A DNA stretch of 64,000 nucleotides. Source: Spirochaetia bacterium. GTDB taxonomy: Bacteria; Spirochaetota; Spirochaetia; SZUA-6; Bin103. Positions 11,736 through 20,847 of this stretch are shown piece after piece. The notes under the pieces were generated by a model. The model made no database searches. It was not told the DNA's origin and saw only the letters and a program-made list of their open reading frames with translations. Location of the stretch: positions 1,594,129 to 1,658,128 of the forward strand of contig OZ241907.1 in NCBI GenBank assembly GCA_965203515.1. The letters run 5' to 3'. The position numbers were made by a program, and so were the translations under genes. Each line of letters opens with the position of its first letter. The first letter of the stretch is position 1.

Positions 11736-12428
11736 CTAACCCTCCTTCGCCAACGACATGATATGATCGATGATATCATCGCTGCGCCGCAATGAAGTGT
11801 CGAAGTTGTCACAGAGGAAGCCCATCAATTGGGCGCGGCCGCGTGCGTCGTCACGGTCGATCCGGTAGTGATCATTGACGCCGACGTAGACGCCCGACCC
11901 GTGGCCGATTCGATTGGACGGTTCGACGGTAACGTTGATCTGCCCGCCCGGCGGCCTGCCTTCGGGCCGGAGCTGAGACATCCTGAGCGACGTCATGCCA
12001 CCGTGCTCGCTGTCCAACCCGAGTTTCTGACCGCAGCGGCCCCAGGGCGCAACCGGCGCCAACGTTCTGCCGATCCGGTCCCGCTCAGCCGAACTACCGG
12101 TCCGAAAGTGAACATTGCGGTTGATGCCTATCACCCTGAGCGGCGTGTGGTCGAGGAGCTCCCCGAACACGCGCGCGACGATGTCGCGCACTCGGACATG
12201 CGGCGCCTGCGCCGTGTCGGCCGAGAACCGGTCAGTCGTGACATGCAGGTGAAGCCAATCCGTCGAAAACTCGGTCACCTGCGGATGAGCGATCTCCAGC
12301 TTCGCGCTGTCCGCGGCGCTTTCCGGCAGGAGACCGTGCAGGGCAAACCACGCCGGCGTGAAGATCGCCGGGTTGAAGTCACCGCGGACGACGACAGCCA
12401 CCTCGTCGATCTCCGGCTGGATCCTCAC
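11736..12428 (-). CDS. Hypothetical protein, TIGR04255-like
   Basis: VVVRGDFNPAIFTPAWF, HTPLRVIGIN..HF, VYVGVNDH; family assignment from recalled motifs, not a search. TATACT upstream (12454-12449). Confidence 0.6.
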   Translation of the reverse strand: MRIQPEIDEVAVVVRGDFNPAIFTPAWFALHGLLPESAADSAKLEIAHPQVTEFSTDWLHLHVTTDRFSADTAQAPHVRVRDIVARVFGELLDHTPLRVIGINRNVHFRTGSSAERDRIGRTLAPVAPWGRCGQKLGLDSEHGGMTSLRMSQLRPEGRPPGGQINVTVEPSNRIGHGSGVYVGVNDHYRIDRDDARGRAQLMGFLCDNFDTSLRRSDDIIDHIMSLAKEG

Positions 12429-12469
12429 GCTACCGCCATCGGGGTCGGAGTATAGCGCCTCACCCTTCC

Positions 12470-13456
12470 CTAGTATCCGCGCTCGCCGGCCGCCAGCCGG
12501 TCATCCGGGCCCAGGCCGGCGGCGGTCAGTACCCGGTCCATGCGCCGCCAGGCGAAGATCGGCATCATGTGGACGCCGGCGACCCCGGGGGTAGCGCGCA
12601 GCCGTTGCAGCAGCTCGACCGTGTAGCGCATCCCCTCCTCGGCCGCCTCGCCGCGCGCCTCCGCCCGCCGCAGGCGCGCGAGCAGGGCGTCGGTCTCCGG
12701 ATGTGAGCCGGTGAAGCCGACCAGGAACAGCCAGGTGCGCAGCGACAGCGGCGACGTGACGATCGGCACGCCGCAGATGATCGGCGCCGTCACGCCGAGC
12801 CGCTCGACTTCGGCAAGCCAGCGGGTGAACCGGCGCCACAGGAACGGCGGCTGCGTCAGGATCGCCTCCGCGCCGGCGGCGACCTTGCGCTGCATGCGGC
12901 GCGCGCGCGCGGCCGGCCCCGGCAGGATCGGGTTCTCGACCGCCCAGAGCGGCTGATCGGGAAACGCGCGCCGCACCGCGCGCAGGATGCGGAACGAGTT
13001 CTGCGGCAGCAGCCACCCCAGCTTGACGATGCCGAACAGCCGGCGCACCAGCCCGCCGCCGGACAGCACCAGCAGGGCCGCCGCGCCGCCGGCGCGCGCC
13101 GCCGCCACCCGCCGCGCCACCATGCCGGCGGTCCGCAGGCTGGCCGACACGGTGAACACCGGCTCGGCGCTCTTCGACAGCGCGCCGGCGATACGCCGCT
13201 CCAGCCGCTCGCGCGGCGCGCGCCTGGCCGGGCGCCGCCGCGCCAGCAGGTCGCGGAAGCGTCCGACCAGCGGCAGGTCCGGCAGCGTCACCGCGTCGAT
13301 CAAGCCGCGGTCGACCATCCGCCGGTAGGCGCGCGCCTGGCCGGCCTGCGCCTGCTCCGCGGTGATCACGAACCGGCCGGATGCGAGCCGCTCGCGCGCG
13401 GTGCCGAGGCGCGCGCGGATGTCGCCGGCGGCTCCGCCGTCCTTCGCCTTCGCCAT
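12470..13456 (-). CDS. Methylenetetrahydrofolate reductase-like protein (divergent)
   Basis: GRFVITAE, 'KVAAGAEAILTQP', 'PIICGVP', 'GVAGVHMMP'. Confidence 0.7.
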   Translation of the reverse strand: MAKAKDGGAAGDIRARLGTARERLASGRFVITAEQAQAGQARAYRRMVDRGLIDAVTLPDLPLVGRFRDLLARRRPARRAPRERLERRIAGALSKSAEPVFTVSASLRTAGMVARRVAAARAGGAAALLVLSGGGLVRRLFGIVKLGWLLPQNSFRILRAVRRAFPDQPLWAVENPILPGPAARARRMQRKVAAGAEAILTQPPFLWRRFTRWLAEVERLGVTAPIICGVPIVTSPLSLRTWLFLVGFTGSHPETDALLARLRRAEARGEAAEEGMRYTVELLQRLRATPGVAGVHMMPIFAWRRMDRVLTAAGLGPDDRLAAGERGY

Positions 13457-13461
13457 GCGGC

Positions 13462-14910
13462 TCAGAGATAGGGATACATGCGGGCCGGGTCGTAGCCGGG
13501 GATGAACAGCTCGTGCGGCCGCCCGGTCACCAACGCGCCGTCGCGGACGAATCCCTCGGGCCGGTCGCGCAGCACCTCGACCAGGCGCGCGCGCCACCGC
13601 GCCAGTTCCGCGCCGCCGGCCGGCGCCAGATCGCGCAGCTCCTGCGGGTCGGCGTCCAGATCGAAGAGGTGCTCGCGGCCGGTCTGCGAGTACCAGACGT
13701 ACTTGCGGCGGCCGTCGGTCAGGTAGTGGTTGCCCAGCGCGTAATCGTACTGGCCGGCGTGCTCGCCGTGCAGGTACTCGCGCACCTCCTGCGCCTCGCC
13801 GCGCAGGATCGGCAGCAGGCTCCTGCCGGTCACCGAGTCCGGGACCGGCGCGCCGGCGATGTCCAGAATGGTCGGCATCAGGTCCTGCAGACCGACCGCC
13901 GCCGGCGACACCACGCCGGAGCCGAGCGGAGCGCGCCCGGGACCGCTGACGATGAACGGCACGCGCGCCGACCCTTCGTACGGCCACGTCTTGCGGAACA
14001 GGTGATGGTCGCCGAGCATCTCGCCGTGGTCGGCGGTGAACACGAACACCGTGTCGGGCAGCAGCGCCTGCATCACCTGCAGCAGCCGGCCGATCTGATC
14101 GTCGATGAAGTTGATCATCCCGAAGTAGGCCGCCTGGCTGCAGCGCCGGTCGTGCTCGTCCAGATCGATGTACCAGGCGTTGGGACTGACGCCCTTGCGC
14201 GGCACCGGCCGGCCCGGCAGGTCCCGCGCCCAGTCGCCGACCGGCGGCGCCGGCAGGTCGCGGCCGACGTAGCGGTCGTAGTAGTGGCGCGGCGGCGTGA
14301 ACGGCGGGTGCGGGTCGATGAACGACAGATTGAGGAAGAACGGCTGCGAGTCGTCGCGGTGCTCCAGGAAGTGGATGGCGCGGTCGACGACCCAGAAGGT
14401 GTGCAGCAGTTCCTCCGGCAGGTGGTGGGGCCGGCCCACCCAGGCATTGGAGGAGACGCCGTGCGCGTAGCCGGCGTGCCGGTCGCGCACGCCGCGGTCG
14501 GCCAGCCACTCGGCGTAGTCGCCCGAGTTGCTGGTGTCGGCGATCTGCACGTGCTCGAACCCGTACCGCCAGCGGCTCGACCCGCGCCCGCGCACGTGGC
14601 TCTTGCCGATCATCTCGGTCTGATAGCCGGCCGCGGTCAGCTCGCCGGCCAGCAGGTGCGGCGGCGCCCAGTCGAAGTCCCGGCCCATGCCGACCGCACC
14701 GTTGGCCGCCGGCGCCGTCCCGCTCATCATGGTGCGCCGCGCCGGCACGCAGCTCGGGCACTCGGCGTACGCGTGCGTGAAGCGCGCGCCCGAGGCGGCC
14801 AGCCAATCCAGGTTCGGCGTCTGCAGCACCGGGTGGCCCTCGATGCCGAGCGCGTCGCCGCGCTGCTGGTCGGTCAGGATCAGGACGACGTTGGGCCGGT
14901 CGCTCGCCAT
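13462..14910 (-). CDS. Formylglycine-dependent sulfatase
   Basis: RPNVVLILTDQQRGD, CVPARRTMMSG (CxPxR), GKSH, DPHPPF, TADHGEMLGDH. Confidence 0.95.
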   Translation of the reverse strand: MASDRPNVVLILTDQQRGDALGIEGHPVLQTPNLDWLAASGARFTHAYAECPSCVPARRTMMSGTAPAANGAVGMGRDFDWAPPHLLAGELTAAGYQTEMIGKSHVRGRGSSRWRYGFEHVQIADTSNSGDYAEWLADRGVRDRHAGYAHGVSSNAWVGRPHHLPEELLHTFWVVDRAIHFLEHRDDSQPFFLNLSFIDPHPPFTPPRHYYDRYVGRDLPAPPVGDWARDLPGRPVPRKGVSPNAWYIDLDEHDRRCSQAAYFGMINFIDDQIGRLLQVMQALLPDTVFVFTADHGEMLGDHHLFRKTWPYEGSARVPFIVSGPGRAPLGSGVVSPAAVGLQDLMPTILDIAGAPVPDSVTGRSLLPILRGEAQEVREYLHGEHAGQYDYALGNHYLTDGRRKYVWYSQTGREHLFDLDADPQELRDLAPAGGAELARWRARLVEVLRDRPEGFVRDGALVTGRPHELFIPGYDPARMYPYL

Positions 14911-15127
14911 GGCGTCGTACTGTAGCACTCGCACAGCTTCAGGCCATAATACGTCATGGACGTACGAAACCTGTTGCAAGGCGGGGCGCCGGCGGCGTGC
15001 TTGGCCTTCCCCGGTGCCTTCAAGCCGGAAGCTGACTACCTCAGCAGGATCAAGTCTGCCCCGCCGGCGGTCGTCTGAGCCGGGGACGTACACACCGGCG
15101 CGGCGCTCCATCCGGACGGCCATCGGC

Positions 15128-15831
15128 ATGCAGCTCGAACACATCGACGCCATCGAACGGCGCCTCTGGAGCGCGGCCGACACGCTGCGCGCCAACTCCA
15201 ACTACGCCAGCAACGAATACTTCCTGCCGGTGATGGGCCTGGTCTTCCTGCGCCACGCCTACCGCCGCTACCTGGCGGTGGCGGAGGAAGCCGCCGCCGG
15301 CCGGCCCACCCGCGGCGGCCGGGCGCGGCCGCTTGCCAAGCAGGACTTCTCGCAGCGGGGCGCCATCTTCCTGCGCCCGGAGGCGCAGTTCGACCACCTG
15401 GTCGCGCTGCCCGACGGCGCCGACCGCGCCGCGGCGATCATCGCCGCCATGGAGTCGATCGAAGCCGACTACGAGAGCCTGCGCGGCATGTTGCCGAAGA
15501 GCGAGTATCACGAGCTGGATAACGAGGTCCTCGGCCAGCTCCTGCGCACCCTCGACCCCGACGAGCTGAAGCGGGTATCGGGCGATGTCTTCGGGCGCAT
15601 CTACGAGTACTTCCTCACCCAGTTCGCCGATCAGAAGGCGCATGACGGCGGCGAGTTCTTCACGCCCTCCTCACCGGCCGCTACGTCGGCATCGCTCCTG
15701 ACGAGGAGGACTTCGACTTCGCGCAGACGCTGCGGAACATCCACGCGGAGCTCGACGACCTCGACGCCGAATCGGTGACGCTGGCGGCGAAGATTCGCCA
15801 GAACTTCAAAGCGTTGCGCGTCTTCTCTTGA
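15128..15831 (+). pseudogene. hsdM: Type I R-M methyltransferase remnant (HsdM_N to GEFFTP, joined out of frame to the C-terminal tail)
   Basis: RLWSAADTLRANS..GRIYEYFL..GGEFFTP, then in another frame GRYVGIAPDEEDFDF..KIRQNF; the catalytic SAM-binding/NPPF region is missing. Confidence 0.88.
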
Positions 15832-15867
15832 TTGCCGCTCGCCGGATCATACTGCTACGATGCGGTA

Positions 15868-17031
15868 ATGAGCCCCGGACGCGAGTCCCGTCCCCGATAC
15901 GACGAGCGGTACAAGATGCTGTTCGCCTTCCCGCGCATGGTCGAGGACCTCGTGCGCGCCTTCTTCAGCGGCGAGCAGCTCGCTACCGTAGACTTCTCGA
16001 CGCTGCAGAAGCTGTCGGCCGAGTACGTCAGCGACGAGTTGCTGAAGCGCCACGGGGACGCCGTATGGCGGCTGCGGGTGGGAGACGAGTGGACCTGTCT
16101 GCTGGTGCTGCTGGAGTTCCAGTCGCGCGATGACTACTACATGGCGCTGCGCATCCTTGTCTACGTCAGCCTGATGTACCAGGAGTGGCTGCGCAACGAG
16201 AGTCGGAAGAGGCGGGAAGGGCAGGAAGCGCGCCGCTTGCCGGCGGTGCTGCCGGTAGTGCTCTACAACGGCACGGACCCGTGGGGGGCGCCGCAGGAGG
16301 TGGGCGAGTTGATCGCGCCGGTGGGGCAGTGGCTGGCGGCGTACCAACCGGCGCAGCGTTACTTCGTAGTGGACGAGCAGCGGGTCGGGGCGGACTCGGT
16401 GCCGCGCGGGAATTTGATGCGGGCGGTGGTGGGGCTGGAGCAGAGTCGGTCGCCGGAGGACTTGTTGCGGGTAGCGAACGCGCTGGCGGAGTGGCTGGCG
16501 GGGTCGGAGCACGATGAGTTGCGACGGGTGTTCGAGGACTGGCTGCGGAGTTCGATCGAGCAGATCAAGCGGGAGGGGGAGGAGCTGCCGGAGATGAAGA
16601 ACCTGGAGGAGGTACGGATGACGCTGGAAGAGCGAGTGAAGGAGTGGCCGGCGCAGTGGATGCGGGAAGGCCGCGAGCAAGGACTTGCGCAGGGACTTGA
16701 GAAGGGCCGTGAGGAAGGCCGTGAGGAAGGCCGTGAGGAAGGCCGTGAGGAAGGCCGTGAGGAAGGCCGTGAGGAAGGCCGTGAGGAGGGCCGTGAGGAG
16801 GGTCTTGAGCAGGGCCGCGAGCAGGGCCGCGAGCAGGGACTTGAACACGAACGAACTCTGTTGCGCCGTATGGCAGCGCTGCGGTTCGGCGCCGAGACCG
16901 GCGAGCGCGCGGCGGCTCTGATGGCGGACATCGGGGAAGCGGATCAACTGGCCGACATCGGCGACTGGCTGGTGCAGTCCGGCGACGGCGACAAATTTCT
17001 GGCACGAATAGCGTCGATCGCGCGGTCGTGA
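15868..17031 (+). CDS. Rpn/YhgA-like PD-(D/E)XK nuclease (transposase_31 family)
   Basis: YDERYKMLF, 'RHGDAVWRL', LLEFQS, 'LPVVLYNG..W', C-terminal EGREEG repeats. Confidence 0.92.
   Translation: MSPGRESRPRYDERYKMLFAFPRMVEDLVRAFFSGEQLATVDFSTLQKLSAEYVSDELLKRHGDAVWRLRVGDEWTCLLVLLEFQSRDDYYMALRILVYVSLMYQEWLRNESRKRREGQEARRLPAVLPVVLYNGTDPWGAPQEVGELIAPVGQWLAAYQPAQRYFVVDEQRVGADSVPRGNLMRAVVGLEQSRSPEDLLRVANALAEWLAGSEHDELRRVFEDWLRSSIEQIKREGEELPEMKNLEEVRMTLEERVKEWPAQWMREGREQGLAQGLEKGREEGREEGREEGREEGREEGREEGREEGREEGLEQGREQGREQGLEHERTLLRRMAALRFGAETGERAAALMADIGEADQLADIGDWLVQSGDGDKFLARIASIARS
16705..16800 (+). repeat. 12-bp tandem repeat x8 (GREE) within rpn
   Basis: ggccgtgagga(a/g) repeated. Confidence 0.9.
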
Positions 17032-17130
17032 CGGCGCTCGCGCACATGCGGCGCCACCCCGGTCGAACTCTCCTGCGCGGTACCAGGCACTCCTCTTCCT
17101 CGGGCGCGATGCCGACGTAGCGGGCTAGCG

Positions 17131-17332
17131 ACCGAGGGCTTTCAGTGACGAGTTGCTGAACGCCGCGGCGACGCCGTTTGGCGGCAGCCTGGAAAGAGGA
17201 GCTGCCGGAGATGAAAACCTGGGGGAGGTACGGATGACGCTGGAAGATCGAGTGAAGGAGTGGCCGGCGCAGTGGATGCGGGAAGGCCGCGAGCAAGGAC
17301 TTGAGCAAGGCCGTGAGCAGGGACGTCAGTAG
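17131..17332 (+). pseudogene. Internally deleted second rpn copy retaining the internal RBS/ATG (32-aa ORF 17234-17332)
   Basis: Matches ~16021-16076 and then ~16572-16720 of the intact rpn; ORF MTLEDRVKEWPAQWMREGREQGLEQGREQGRQ. Confidence 0.8.
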
Positions 17333-17343
17333 GATATTTCGCC

Positions 17344-17673
17344 TTGATGGACCGCGAAGTCTGTACGAACCAGGGATTTATCAATATCATCCCGCGGGAC
17401 GCGGGAATGACGATGTATCTCCTCTTCAATCTCATGAGTCGAGTAAACGAAATTCGCAGCAATGCGAAGGGTACGACGTACCCGGAGATCAGCAAGGGGC
17501 GCTTTCGCGCGATGGACATAGTGGTTCCGGAGTATCCGGTCGTCGCGAAATTTGCCAACTTCTCGTCGGAGGTGATTCGACAGATTCGCCTCTTGAAGCG
17601 TTCCACTCTCCACCTCACTCAAGCACGTGATTTGCTTCTGCCTCACCTGATGAGTGGCCGGATATCGGTGTGA
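17344..17673 (+). pseudogene. hsdS: Type I R-M specificity subunit, C-terminal fragment
   Basis: TNQGF, GTTYPEISKGRFRAMDIVVP, LTQARDLLLPHLMSGRISV (TRD end plus conserved region). Confidence 0.88.
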
Positions 17674-17769
17674 TTCGGAAGACCGCGGTTATCATGTCTG
17701 AATGTACGTCGACCTTCCGGCGGGCGGGACCGGGACGGCGCGGCCGGGATCTCAGCCGACCGGGATCCG

Positions 17770-18016
17770 CGAAGGCACCAAGTCGGCACCAAGTCCATAT
17801 CTTACGTAATTGCCTTGCAAGTAAGTCGATACGGGAAATCATGGCGCTTGCCGGCAGACGCGACCGCACCAAGTTCCGGCACCAAGTCATGCAACCCTTG
17901 CTCGCCGCCGGATGGCTGGGATGACCATTCCCGACAAGCCCACCAGCAGCCGCCAGCGGTACCGGCTGACCGCCGCCGGGCGGCAGCTCCTGGACGAGAT
18001 GCGGGCCGTGGAATGA
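17770..18016 (+). pseudogene. C-terminal winged-HTH fragment (Fic-like/RecG-like C-terminal domain), frameshifted
   Basis: EIMALAGRRDRTKFRHQVMQPLLAAGWL / frameshift / MTIPDKPTSSRQRYRLT. Confidence 0.7.
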
Positions 18017-18217
18017 GCGCCGCGCGCTACACCGAGGAGACGCTCGTCCAGCAGACCGCCGCCGACTACCTGGAGCGCCGGCTCGGGTGGGAGTCGGTCT
18101 ACGCGCACCACGCCGAGGACTTCGGTCCCGGCAGCCTGCTCGGTCGGGCGTCGGACCGGGAAGTAGTGTTGGAACGGCCATTGCGCGAAGCGCTGGCGGC
18201 GCTGAATCCCGGTCTGC
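18013..18217 (+). pseudogene. hsdR: Type I R-M restriction subunit, N-terminal fragment
   Basis: YTEETLVQQTAADYLERRLGWESVYA..LLGRASDREVVLERPLREALAALNPGL; breaks off at the 3' end of the convergent TrmH-family gene. Confidence 0.85.
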
Positions 18218-19039
18218 TCAACGGTTCGCCGCCTGACGCCGCTGGCGCAGCGCCTCGAACAACAGCGCCGCTCCGGCCATGGCCACGTTGATCGAGTCGG
18301 CGCGGCCCAGCATCGGGATCGACACGGCGGCGTGATCGCCGCTCAGCCACGCGCCGTCCAACCCGAACTGCTCGTTGCCCAGCACCACGGCCGCGGCGCC
18401 GGTGAGGTCGTGGTCGGTGTAGCAGCGGCCGGAGGCCGGGGTCGTGACCACGGTGCGCACGCCGCGCTCGGCCAGCCAGCGGCGCGTGGCCGCGGCCCCG
18501 GCCTGCGCCGCCGGCACCGTGAACAGCGTGCCGACGCTGGCGCGCACGACGTTGGGATTGAACAGGTCGGTCACCGGATCGCAGACGATCACGGCGGCGG
18601 CGCCCACCGCGTCGGCGGTGCGCAGCAGCGTGCCCAGGTTGCCCGGCTTCTCGATCGCGGCGGCGATCACGTACAGCGGATCGTCCGGCGGCGCCGGCAG
18701 GCGGTCGATCGTCCAGTCCGGCTGCGGCGCCACCGCCAGCAGGCCGTCCGGCCGGTCGCGGTAGGAGAGCTTGGCGAACACGGCGCGGTCGGCCGGGATC
18801 AGCTCGGCGCCGCACGCCTGCCGCGCCCGGTCGAGCAGCGCCGGCTCATTGCTGCCCAGATAGAACGCCGGGCAGTGGTAGACCGCCTCCAGCGGCAGCC
18901 CGGCCTCCACCGCGCGCAGCAGCTCCCGGTAGCCCTCGATCAGGAAGGCCCGCTCGCGGTCGCGCGCCCGCCTGCGCCGCAACCGCACCACGCGCTTCAC
19001 CCCGGCGTTCCGCAGGCTGGCCACCGCCGGTCGCTCCAT
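18218..19039 (-). CDS. TrmH/SpoU family RNA methyltransferase
   Basis: IEKPGNLGTLLRTAD, VVRASVG, VLGNEQFGL, IPMLGRADSINVA. Confidence 0.95.
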   Translation of the reverse strand: MERPAVASLRNAGVKRVVRLRRRRARDRERAFLIEGYRELLRAVEAGLPLEAVYHCPAFYLGSNEPALLDRARQACGAELIPADRAVFAKLSYRDRPDGLLAVAPQPDWTIDRLPAPPDDPLYVIAAAIEKPGNLGTLLRTADAVGAAAVIVCDPVTDLFNPNVVRASVGTLFTVPAAQAGAAATRRWLAERGVRTVVTTPASGRCYTDHDLTGAAAVVLGNEQFGLDGAWLSGDHAAVSIPMLGRADSINVAMAGAALLFEALRQRRQAANR

Positions 19040-19127
19040 CGCCGTCGAGTATGGACCCCGAGGCCCACCGCGTTCACCGTCCGCGCCGTCACCGTCCGCG
19101 TTGCCGGCGCGCTATGCTGCGCCGGCC

Positions 19128-20765
19128 ATGGCACCGATACGCATCCATCCCGACAACCCCAAGCTGTTCGAATACCGCGGCCGCCCGCTCGTGCTGCTGA
19201 CCGCCACCGAGCACTACGGCGCCGTGCTCAACCGACCGTTCCGGTTCGAGCGCTATCTGCGCGGCGCCGCGGCCAACGGCATGACGCTGACCCGGCTCTT
19301 CACGCTGTTCCGCGAGCTGCAGACCCCGATCAACCCGGCCTCCACCTGCAAGCCGGCCAGCCCCGATTACGTGGCCCCGTACGCGCGCACCGGTCCCGGC
19401 TTCGCGCTCGACGGCGAACCGCGCTTCGACCTGGACCGCGACGACCCGGATTTCTACGAGCGCCTGCACCGCTTCATCGGCACGGCGGACGACCTGGGCG
19501 TGGTGGTCGAGGTGGTGCTGCTCAGCAACACCTACCGCGATTCGGTATGGCGGCTGAACCCCCTGCACGCCGACAACAACGTCAACGGGCTGCCATCGTG
19601 CCCGGCCCCCGACTACCTGAGCATGCGCCGCCCGGCGCTGTTCGAGCGCCAGCGCGCGTACGTGCGCCGCATCGTCGCGGAGACCCGCCGGTACGACAAC
19701 GTGATCTACGAGATCTGCAACGAACCGGGCGGTCGAGCGCCGGCCGCCGATCGAGCGCCGGCTGCCGATCGAGCGCCGGCTGCCGGCAGCCCGGCCGCCG
19801 ACGGCCCGGCGGCGAGCGGCCCGACGGTGAGCGAGGTGAACGACTGGCTGGACGCGCTGCTTCGGGAGGTGCGCGACGCCGACCACCCAGGCGCCCGGCG
19901 CCACCTGATCGCCGGCCAGGAGGCGTTCGCGGACGAGCCGTTCCGGCAGACGCTCGACCGCAGCTACGACGCGATCGACTACGACGTGGTCAACCTCCAT
20001 CCGCTGCCGGCCACGCGGCTGCGCGGCGCCGAGTACGACCTGGGCGACTTCATGAGCAAGCAGCTCCGCCTGCCGGCGTTCCGGGACCTGACCCTGGCCG
20101 CCGGCCGCGAGTCCAAGCCGCTCAATCACGACGAGGACAACGTCGCCAGCCAGTACCGCGACCCGGACGGCTGGACCGTCCATCGCAAGCGCGCCTGGGT
20201 CGCCCTGCTGTGCGGCGCCCACTACGACGTGATCGACTTCTCGATCCAGCCGTTCCTGGAGGAAGGCACGCCCGACGCTCAGGCGCACCTGCGATCCTGG
20301 TTCCGGCATCTCTCCACCTACGTGCACGGCCTCGACCTGGTCCGCAGCCGCCCCCTGCCGGAGGCGCTGCGCTCCTGGCCGCCGGGCACGGTCGCCGCGG
20401 CGTTCGGGGCGCCGGGCGCGGACTACTCGGTCTACGTGGCCGACGCGCGCGAGTACCGCGGCGTGCGCGGCGTCCCCGATCCGGGCGAGGGCACGCCTCC
20501 CGGCGAAGCAGGGACGCCCGGCGAGACGGGGACGCCCGGCGAAGCGGGGGCGCCGATCGGCGGCGCGCTGGTGCTGGACCTGCCCGAGGCTCCGCTTGCC
20601 GCCAGCGCGTTCGATCCGACCAGCGGCGCCACCGTCGCGCTCGACCGCCTCCGGGGCGGCCCGGCCACGCGTATCGAACTGGCCCCCTTCCGGCACGACG
20701 TCGTCATCCGCCTGAAGGTCATCGGCGTCACGGCGGCGGACGCCGGCAACCGGTCCGGTTCGTAA
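19128..20765 (+). CDS. Putative glycoside hydrolase (clan-A/cellulase-like TIM barrel)
   Basis: IHPDNPKLFEYRGRP, 'YDNVIYEICNEP', 'KPLNHDED'; two short in-frame 18-bp repeat insertions. Confidence 0.7.
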   Translation: MAPIRIHPDNPKLFEYRGRPLVLLTATEHYGAVLNRPFRFERYLRGAAANGMTLTRLFTLFRELQTPINPASTCKPASPDYVAPYARTGPGFALDGEPRFDLDRDDPDFYERLHRFIGTADDLGVVVEVVLLSNTYRDSVWRLNPLHADNNVNGLPSCPAPDYLSMRRPALFERQRAYVRRIVAETRRYDNVIYEICNEPGGRAPAADRAPAADRAPAAGSPAADGPAASGPTVSEVNDWLDALLREVRDADHPGARRHLIAGQEAFADEPFRQTLDRSYDAIDYDVVNLHPLPATRLRGAEYDLGDFMSKQLRLPAFRDLTLAAGRESKPLNHDEDNVASQYRDPDGWTVHRKRAWVALLCGAHYDVIDFSIQPFLEEGTPDAQAHLRSWFRHLSTYVHGLDLVRSRPLPEALRSWPPGTVAAAFGAPGADYSVYVADAREYRGVRGVPDPGEGTPPGEAGTPGETGTPGEAGAPIGGALVLDLPEAPLAASAFDPTSGATVALDRLRGGPATRIELAPFRHDVVIRLKVIGVTAADAGNRSGS

Positions 20766-20847
20766 CGCCCTCCAAGACGATGCGCGTGCGGCGACAAGCG
20801 GCTATGCTGCTGCGCCAATCATGCATGACGAACCACGGCCGGGCGCA

